Sequence record: SRR20825010_7068
DNA length: 49,341 bases
Reading direction: 5' to 3' (one strand)
Part shown: positions 9,353 through 16,196 of the stretch, piece after piece
Layout: each line of letters opens with the position of its first letter
Position numbering within the stretch: position 1 is the first letter of the stretch
Notes under the pieces: model-generated
The model's database searches: none
Told to the model about the DNA's origin: nothing
What the model saw: only the letters and a program-made list of their open reading frames with translations
Program-made: the position numbers and the translations under genes

Positions 9353-11149
9353 TCAGAATGCAAAGTGTTCCGCATCCAGATCCATCATGCAGTCCAGACC
9401 GCCTTCGATGGCGCCTTTATGGCCAGCCACGCGCGGCAGGATACGCTTGAAGTAGAAGCGTGCAGTGCTGATCTTGGCCTTGTAGAAGTCTTCATCACCG
9501 GCACCGGATTCCAGTGCGGCATGGGCCACGGACGCCATGCGGGCCCACAGATAAGCCAGGGTCACGTAGCCTGAGTACATCAGGTAGTCCACAGAGGCGG
9601 CACCCACGTATTCCGGGTTCTGCATGGCCTGCATGCCGATGGCCTGAGTCAGCTCGCCCCATTCCTTGTTGTAGCCGGCCAGCGGCTCCAGGAATTCTTT
9701 CAGGTCCGCATTGTCGCCATTGGCTTCACAGAACTGGTGCACGATCTTGGTGAAGTTACGCAGGGCCTGACCCTGGGTCATCATCACCTTGCGGCCCAAC
9801 AGATCCAGTGCCTGGATGCCGGTGGTGCCTTCGTACAGGGTAGAGATACGGGCATCACGAACGTTCTGCTCCATGCCCCACTCACGGATAAAGCCGTGGC
9901 CACCGTAGATCTGCACACCGTGGTTAGCGGCTTCCAGGCCCGCTTCGGTCACGAACGCCTTGGCGATCGGAGTCAGCAGAGCCATCAGGTCGTCGGCTTC
10001 TTTGCGGGCCGCTTCGTCTTTCTCCAGCTTCACCTTGTCACCCAGCTGGGCACACAGGTAAACCAGCGCACGACCACCTTCCGCGAAGGACTTGGAGGTC
10101 AGCAGCATGCGACGTACATCCGGGTGAACGATGATCGGGTCCGCCGGGCCTTCCGGGTTTTTCGGGCCAGACAGGCTACGCATGGCGAGACGGTCCTTGG
10201 CGTAGGTCAGGCCACCCTGGAAACCGATTTCAGCGTGCGCAACACCCTGAATGGCGGTGCCCAGACGGGCAAAGTTCATGAAGGTGAACATGCAGTTCAG
10301 GCCTTTGTTCTCCGGCCCGATCAAGTAGCCCTTGGCACCGTCGAAGTTCATCACACAGGTAGCGGAGGCCTTGATGCCCATCTTGTGTTCGATGGAGCCA
10401 CAGGTCACCGCATTGCGCTCACCCACACTGCCGTTACCGTCGGTGAGGAACTTGGGCACGATGAACAGGGAAATACCCTTGGTGCCTTTCGGAGCGCCCG
10501 GCAGGCGAGCCAGAACGATATGGATAATGTTCTCAGCCATGTCGTGCTCACCGGCGGAGATGAAGATCTTGGTACCGGTGATGCTGTAGGAACCGTCTTC
10601 GTTAGGTTCTGCCTTGGACTTGAGGATACCCAGGTCAGAACCACAGCTTGGCTCGGTCAGGCACATGGTGCCGGTCCACTCACCGCTGGTCAGCTTGGGC
10701 AGGTAGCCGTTTTTCTGCTCGTCGGTACCGTGCTCTTCGATGGTCGCAACCGCACCGTGGGACAGACCCGGGTACATGCTCCAGGACCAGTTGGCGGAAC
10801 CGGTCATTTCAGAAATCGCGATACCAGCAGAACCCGGCAGGCCCTGGCCGCCGAATTCCGGGTCGCCACCCATGGCCGGCCAGCCGCCTTCCACGTATTT
10901 GGTATAGGCTTCTTTAAAGCCTTTCGGCGTGGTCACCACACCGTTATCGAAACCACAGCCTTCCTCATCACCGGAACGGTTCAGGGGAGCCAGCTCGTTT
11001 TCGGAGAACTTGGCGCCTTCTTCCAGGAAAGCATTCAGCAGTTCGCTGTTGATGTCTTCCAGACCCAGGCTGGCGTAGTGGCCATCCAGATCCAGCACTT
11101 CATTCAGTACAAAGCGCATATCGCGCAGGGGAGCCTTGTAATCCGGCAT
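9353..11149 (-). CDS. Acyl-CoA dehydrogenase (PA0506/FadE1-like), paralog of 5271-7046
   Basis: MPDYKAPLRDMRF start, MCLTEPSCGSDLG, EHKMGIKASATC, YEGTTGIQALDL. Confidence 0.95.
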   Translation of the reverse strand: MPDYKAPLRDMRFVLNEVLDLDGHYASLGLEDINSELLNAFLEEGAKFSENELAPLNRSGDEEGCGFDNGVVTTPKGFKEAYTKYVEGGWPAMGGDPEFGGQGLPGSAGIAISEMTGSANWSWSMYPGLSHGAVATIEEHGTDEQKNGYLPKLTSGEWTGTMCLTEPSCGSDLGILKSKAEPNEDGSYSITGTKIFISAGEHDMAENIIHIVLARLPGAPKGTKGISLFIVPKFLTDGNGSVGERNAVTCGSIEHKMGIKASATCVMNFDGAKGYLIGPENKGLNCMFTFMNFARLGTAIQGVAHAEIGFQGGLTYAKDRLAMRSLSGPKNPEGPADPIIVHPDVRRMLLTSKSFAEGGRALVYLCAQLGDKVKLEKDEAARKEADDLMALLTPIAKAFVTEAGLEAANHGVQIYGGHGFIREWGMEQNVRDARISTLYEGTTGIQALDLLGRKVMMTQGQALRNFTKIVHQFCEANGDNADLKEFLEPLAGYNKEWGELTQAIGMQAMQNPEYVGAASVDYLMYSGYVTLAYLWARMASVAHAALESGAGDEDFYKAKISTARFYFKRILPRVAGHKGAIEGGLDCMMDLDAEHFAF

Positions 11150-11289
11150 CTCAAATCTCCCTTAAATTACCGGTGACAATGAGGCGGGCCGCGGCTCGCC
11201 AGTGTAGGGGAGTCTCTGAAGTACTCCTTGGGACGCTAATCTTAGGTCAGGCCTCCAGCACGGCTCCACCCCTATTTGTGACCCGCAAG

Positions 11290-11305
11290 TCAAACAAGCG
11301 TTTGA
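11290..11305. promoter_or_regulatory. PsrA-type operator upstream of the acyl-CoA dehydrogenase
   Basis: TCAAACAAGCGTTTGA matches CAAAC-N4-GTTTG, the PsrA site at Pseudomonas beta-oxidation genes. Confidence 0.7.
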
Positions 11306-11458
11306 AACTACCGTTTGCCCTCTAACCGCGCTGATTTAAAAGGCATTTACCCGGCAACCGTAAAAAAGCGTCGGTCAGCCCCCGGTGGCCTCTCAAGCCC
11401 CTCGGGTTTCGGTATACTCGCGGGATTACGGTTTAACCGCCTGTTAAGGAATAGTGAA

Positions 11459-11647
11459 ATGATTGATCCGAATCTGCTGGATATTCTGGTTTGCCCGGTG
11501 AGCAAGGCACCACTGATCTACGATGAAAAGTCGGCTGAACTGAAGTGCAAGGCCAGCGGCCTGGCCTACCCGGTACGCGACGGCATCCCTGTCATGCTGG
11601 AAGAGCAAGCTCGCACCATGGGCGATGAGGAAGCCCAATCCCTTTAG
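11459..11647 (+). CDS. ycaR: Trm112-family protein (UPF0434/YcaR)
   Basis: [27 protein letters not shown] signature; ATG 11459 with AAGGA RBS. Confidence 0.92.
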   Translation: MIDPNLLDILVCPVSKAPLIYDEKSAELKCKASGLAYPVRDGIPVMLEEQARTMGDEEAQSL

Positions 11648-11686
11648 GAACTCGCTATATCACACTTCGCCACAGGAAGGCCTTTT

Positions 11687-12724
11687 ATGCATAAGCGGCT
11701 TTGTTTTGCCCTGGCGCTGGCCAGCTCCCCGTTGTGCGCTCAGGAGCCCGTCGATAACGACACGCCGGTTCCTGATACCGCCCCCACCAGCATGACCGAA
11801 GATCAAAAGCTCAATAACTGTCTGCTGCGCAGCGCTCAGACCGCCAACGGCAAGGTGACCTTGCAGGAAATGCGCGGCTGGTGCACCAATGGCGAAGAAC
11901 AGGAAAAAATCAGCGCCCATGAAGATGCACTGCGGGCCAGACTGGCACTGGAAAACACCACCCAGGGCAATCCCTTCGTCATCACCCCCCACCGCCGCAA
12001 TTACCTGTTGCCCTACAGTTACTGGTCCAACCGGCAGTGGAACGACCCCAGCAAGAATGACAGTGATCTGCAGCCCACCGAGGTGAAATTCCAACTCTCT
12101 CTGAAAGCGCCGATCAAGGAAAAAATTGTTGATGACATCACCCTGTGGATGGCCTTCACCGGCACCTTTTACTGGCAGGCCTACAACAGCGAACTCTCTG
12201 CGCCCTTCCGGGAAGCCAATTACGAGCCCGAGCTGTTCATCACCAAGCCCATCGACTGGCAAATCGGTCCGCTGGATTCGGAATTGCTGGCGGTGGGTTT
12301 CAACCACGAATCCAACGGCCAGGATATCCCGGTATCGCGTAGCTGGAACCGGGTTTTCCTGAACTATATTTTCAAGACCAACGATTACTACTGGTCTTTC
12401 AAGCCCTGGTACCGGATTCCTGAAAGCGAAAAAGATGATCCGCTGGATACCCGTGGCGACGACAATCCGGATATCGAGAAGTACATGGGTAACTTTGAGT
12501 TGGAAGTCGCGCGCCCATTCGGCAATCACGTAGTGGAATTGATGCTGCGCAACAACCTACGCTCCGAAAACAAAGGCGCCGCCCGCATCAACTATTCGTT
12601 CCCGTTGAGCAAGCGTTTCAAAGGGCTGGTGCAAGTGTTCACGGGCTACGGGGATTCACTGATCAACTATGACGACTATGAAAACCGTTACAGCTTCGGG
12701 ATCCTGCTGACGGATTCATTGTAA
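11687..12724 (+). CDS. pldA: Outer-membrane phospholipase A (OMPLA)
   Basis: EVKFQLSLK, WQAYN..SAPFREANYEPE, catalytic HESNG..SRSWNR, DNPDIEKYMG, GYGDSLINY. Confidence 0.93.
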   Translation: MHKRLCFALALASSPLCAQEPVDNDTPVPDTAPTSMTEDQKLNNCLLRSAQTANGKVTLQEMRGWCTNGEEQEKISAHEDALRARLALENTTQGNPFVITPHRRNYLLPYSYWSNRQWNDPSKNDSDLQPTEVKFQLSLKAPIKEKIVDDITLWMAFTGTFYWQAYNSELSAPFREANYEPELFITKPIDWQIGPLDSELLAVGFNHESNGQDIPVSRSWNRVFLNYIFKTNDYYWSFKPWYRIPESEKDDPLDTRGDDNPDIEKYMGNFELEVARPFGNHVVELMLRNNLRSENKGAARINYSFPLSKRFKGLVQVFTGYGDSLINYDDYENRYSFGILLTDSL

Positions 12725-12828
12725 GAGACGCATAGAGAGACGCAACACGTTGCACGCATCATGCAACACGGCCAACACGGCCAACACGCATGGTGCGTGG
12801 TGCGTGGTGCGTGGTGCATGCAGCGCAC
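12725..12828. repeat. Intergenic short tandem repeats (CAACACGGC x2-3; TGGTGCG x3-4) in inverted arrangement
   Basis: Visible directly between convergent pldA and DUF3570 genes; a similar tract flanks the terminator at 5113-5270. Confidence 0.7.
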
Positions 12829-13956
12829 TTAATACCAGAGCGTAAACAGCAGCCGGGTTACGGTGGCATCAAAGCTGTACAAAGGCTCGGTACCGGGGGT
12901 GGTCTGTACCCGGATATCGCGGAAGTTATCGTAATCGAAATTGAAGCGGTCCACCCACAGGTGCAGGCCGGCCTTGCTGATGGTATTCCAGTTGGGTTTA
13001 CTGAACTGGAACCCCACCCCCAGGCCAATCACCGTGGATGAAAACTCGCTCAATTCCTTGTCACGGGCCAGGAAATTTTGGGCATTCTGAAACGGAAACA
13101 AGTCCGCATAAAAATCCGCATCGCCCTGCTGATAGCTCCGGTAACGGGTCTCCACCGTCCAGCTTTGTCCGATGGGTTGAATCAGTTGTAGCTGCCAGCT
13201 ATTGGCATCCACACCCCAGGAATCACTATAAATTCGGTATTCCCCGTGCAACCCGGCACGCCATGGCAGGTAATACGACAACCGGAGCGCCGTGGCGTCA
13301 CTGGTACGGGTATTGGGGTAGCGCTCTGGTTCAAAACTGTAGCTGTTGGGTGATGTCAGGTAGCGCACCGACCGGTAAGGGTTATTCAGGTAGCCCTCAT
13401 CGGTAATCAATTCATGGCCAATGCTACCGATCAGGTTTTTCGTCAGCACCTGACTCAAGCCAATACGAAAGTGTTGACGGTCCGCCTCTTCAGCGAAGCT
13501 GTTGTCGCCGGTACGGAACACTTCGTCCCAGCCTTTCGAATAGCCCAGGCTCAGGGTGGTCAGATCCCCGAAAAAATCCTGGCTCATGTCGAAGTGTACC
13601 GAGTTGGCTTCAAAGTCACTTTCTTCACTATTCCCGTAGCTCAGTGAATAAATGGCTTTGCCCGCCAGGTAATCGATGCCAACGCTTTTTTCGGTGCGCT
13701 CTTCTGAATAAGGGCTGGCACTGCTCACCACGTCAATGGAGGCCGCTGACACCTTGTCCACATAGTAATTGGCACGCACCGAGACTTTATCCGCAAAGGA
13801 CTTGCGCACCAGCACCGACGGTCCCTTGATATCCATGCCGCCACCATCGTAGGCATGGCGCAACACGTCCAGCCTGTCCTCCGGCAACACCGCCGCCAAC
13901 GCACTGGCCGTCAGCAGCCAGAGCACGCCGACGCGCAACCCCCACATCAGTTGCAT
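12829..13956 (-). CDS. DUF3570-family outer-membrane beta-barrel protein
   Basis: Signal peptide; VDKVSAASIDVVSSAS; GYLNNPYRSV..ERYP.TR; YRIYSDSWGV; RSYQQGDADFY; aromatic C-terminus; context with DUF4266, TlpA and ApbE. Confidence 0.8.
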   Translation of the reverse strand: MQLMWGLRVGVLWLLTASALAAVLPEDRLDVLRHAYDGGGMDIKGPSVLVRKSFADKVSVRANYYVDKVSAASIDVVSSASPYSEERTEKSVGIDYLAGKAIYSLSYGNSEESDFEANSVHFDMSQDFFGDLTTLSLGYSKGWDEVFRTGDNSFAEEADRQHFRIGLSQVLTKNLIGSIGHELITDEGYLNNPYRSVRYLTSPNSYSFEPERYPNTRTSDATALRLSYYLPWRAGLHGEYRIYSDSWGVDANSWQLQLIQPIGQSWTVETRYRSYQQGDADFYADLFPFQNAQNFLARDKELSEFSSTVIGLGVGFQFSKPNWNTISKAGLHLWVDRFNFDYDNFRDIRVQTTPGTEPLYSFDATVTRLLFTLWY

Positions 13957-14174
13957 CCGCAGCCTCCGCCAGCACTACCTTCTGCTCCGCGCATGGCTTC
14001 ACGGGCCTGATGCACGTGGTGCATGTAGTTATCCGATGCAGGGTTGGCTGCCGGATTCATCACCGGGTCGGCCAACCGGGCACGCTCGTAAGGCTTGAGC
14101 CAGGGTTGCACGGATGAACAGCCACTGCTCAGGGCAGCCGCAATCAACAGGGAAATCAGCGCGGTCTGTCGCAT
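13947..14174 (-). CDS. DUF4266-family small lipoprotein
   Basis: Lipobox-like LSSGC, VQPW..YER..LADPVM, REA..G..G..GGGCGCN C-terminus; overlaps the DUF3570 start. Confidence 0.85.
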   Translation of the reverse strand: MRQTALISLLIAAALSSGCSSVQPWLKPYERARLADPVMNPAANPASDNYMHHVHQAREAMRGAEGSAGGGCGCN

Positions 14175-14665
14175 TATTCGAGCACCAGTTCCTTCACTTC
14201 GGTCCGGTAGTGATCCATATAACCGTCCTTGTAGCCACGGTGGTGATAGCGCACCCTGCCATTGCGATCGATCAGGACCGTGGTCGGCATGGCATCCACC
14301 TGGTAGGTCTCACTGGTGTCGTTGGCCGGGTCGAACAGCACCGGGAAGCTCACGGGAATTTTATCCAGCAGCAGGTTGGCCTGATCCCGGTTTTCATCCA
14401 GGTTCACGCCGAGAATGGTAAAACCATAGTCGCGGTATTCCTGATAGAGCTCATCCAGCAAGGGCATTTCCGTACGACACGGGCCACACCAGGACGCCCA
14501 AAAGTTCAGCAACACCACCGTGCCGCGCAACTCGCTGAGCTTGATGTTCTCGCCACTACTAGATTTCAGGGTAAAGTCCGGCGCCGGGCCGGTTACATCC
14601 GCGCTCACCCCCAGGCTCCATACGCACAGCGCGCCACACAACACCCTTGTTAGCCATTTTCTCAT
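14174..14665 (-). CDS. TlpA/ResA-family thiol-disulfide oxidoreductase
   Basis: APDFTL, NFWASWCGPCRTEMP, cis-Pro loop AMPTT; signal peptide; ATG 14665 with GAGGGG RBS. Confidence 0.93.
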   Translation of the reverse strand: MRKWLTRVLCGALCVWSLGVSADVTGPAPDFTLKSSSGENIKLSELRGTVVLLNFWASWCGPCRTEMPLLDELYQEYRDYGFTILGVNLDENRDQANLLLDKIPVSFPVLFDPANDTSETYQVDAMPTTVLIDRNGRVRYHHRGYKDGYMDHYRTEVKELVLE

Positions 14666-14749
14666 TGTGCTTCCCCTCACTCTGTATTTGCTGCTTTTTT
14701 TATTCCGTTACGGCATGTTCTGACGACGCCTTACCGCGGCCAGCGATAA

Positions 14750-15418
14750 TCAGAAAAACACACCGATACCTGCCGTTAATTCCAGGTTATGGGTGGTTTT
14801 GTCTTCACCGAGCACATCCAGATTGAAGATGTGATCTTTCATGTCCACGCGCACCGTCATCCAGTCATTAATCAACAAACGGTAGCCCACGCCCAGACTC
14901 AGCGTGAACTGGTCATCGCCGGCGAAGTCCGTCATGCCGGCCCCGCCCATTAAATACAATGCATTGTTATAGGCACGGTTTTCCGACAGAAACGCCTCGC
15001 CCGGCAGCAGGTTGTAGCCCACGCCCACCTGGTAGTAGGTATATTCACGCTCATCATCAGTGAGCAGCTGCACACCCGCATTCAGGGTTTCAAAACTGGT
15101 TTCCCCGGCCTTGGAACGGCCCAGACTGCCTTCCAGAAATACATCCTCAGACAGGTGGTAATCCAGCCGCACCCCCAACACCGGGTCACTGCCGAAATCC
15201 TCAATGGAGAGAATGCCGGTGTAGAGGCCGATTTCGAAGTTTTCCGCATCGATATCCGCCTCTTTGATGTGGCGACGCTCGATACGGGGATCGAGTACGG
15301 ATTCCGCATCCGCATCCCGAACGGTAGTGTTGTTGTCACCCTCTTGTTCCGCCGCCAGACTTTGCAGTGGCAGCAGCAAGGATGCCGCTAAAACAGTACA
15401 GAGAAACCGAGTTTCCAT
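14750..15418 (-). CDS. Outer-membrane beta-barrel protein (OmpA-like small barrel)
   Basis: Signal peptide, alternating amphipathic strands, C-terminal LELTAGIGVFF beta-signal. Confidence 0.8.
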   Translation of the reverse strand: METRFLCTVLAASLLLPLQSLAAEQEGDNNTTVRDADAESVLDPRIERRHIKEADIDAENFEIGLYTGILSIEDFGSDPVLGVRLDYHLSEDVFLEGSLGRSKAGETSFETLNAGVQLLTDDEREYTYYQVGVGYNLLPGEAFLSENRAYNNALYLMGGAGMTDFAGDDQFTLSLGVGYRLLINDWMTVRVDMKDHIFNLDVLGEDKTTHNLELTAGIGVFF

Positions 15419-16149
15419 TCTTCCAAATTCCGGTTGTCGTCTTCCTGGGTAAACAGCACATAGCTACGGTACTCACCGCGCAGAACAAACCCCCGCGACA
15501 GGTAGGCTTTCAGGCCCGCCCCGGCGAAGGCAAAATTCTCATCACGGTTTTCCGGTGTCACCACCGTGGCACGGGGCTCGATTTTGGCGCGCCCGGTACC
15601 CAGCATGACATAGGGAGAAACCCGCCAACGCGGGAACATCTCGTGCTGCACGTTAATATCAATCAGTTTGTTGTTAGCGAAGGGGCCGCTGGCCTGAGTG
15701 AACATGGCTTCGGCGGACAGGTTCTCCGTCATCCGGTAACCCAGTGCAAACGCCAGAGAAGTCACTTCATCCAGTTCGCCCATCAGCACCGACGCCTGCC
15801 AGTGGCCGGCCTGGAATGCTTCCTGGCCCAGGTTTTTCATCTCCGGGGTTTGCTCGCTACCATCCAGGGTTGCCAGCAACGCTTCGCGAGGCACCCAGCC
15901 CACCCGGCCACGCACGGTGCTGACCTTGATCCAGCCGGCACGGCGATATTCCAGGGTCAGCGGGGCATCGCGCTCCACCACATGAAACACGGGATAACCG
16001 CGACCCGGGCCGGTGTGAATTTCCACAAACGGCTCCGCCACCTTGACGCGCACCGCCGCAGTATCCGATTTGGCATCGGCCTCAGTCTCGGGCTCAGCCC
16101 AGGCCGGAAGCACCGCCATCAGTGATAACAGAATTACAACAAGGCGCAC
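15388..16149 (-). CDS. Bacterial SH3 domain fused to an outer-membrane beta-barrel
   Basis: Signal peptide; EIHTGPGRGYPV..GWIKV..GRVGWV (SH3b); C-terminal barrel ending WKLGFSVLF; GTG start with AAAGGAG RBS. Confidence 0.8.
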   Translation of the reverse strand: MRLVVILLSLMAVLPAWAEPETEADAKSDTAAVRVKVAEPFVEIHTGPGRGYPVFHVVERDAPLTLEYRRAGWIKVSTVRGRVGWVPREALLATLDGSEQTPEMKNLGQEAFQAGHWQASVLMGELDEVTSLAFALGYRMTENLSAEAMFTQASGPFANNKLIDINVQHEMFPRWRVSPYVMLGTGRAKIEPRATVVTPENRDENFAFAGAGLKAYLSRGFVLRGEYRSYVLFTQEDDNRNLEEWKLGFSVLF

Positions 16150-16196
16150 CGGGTGCGTCTCCTTTCCAATACATGTCAGGGCGCGGGAAAGCCCGC

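Noticed and set aside
12725-12828. Possible CRISPR array
   Set aside because: Units are 7-9 bp with no unique spacers, and there are no cas genes in the window.
13947-13960. Selenocysteine read-through at the DUF4266 TGA
   Set aside because: The TGA follows Asn after the complete GCGCN tail, not at a Cys position, and overlaps the next gene's start.
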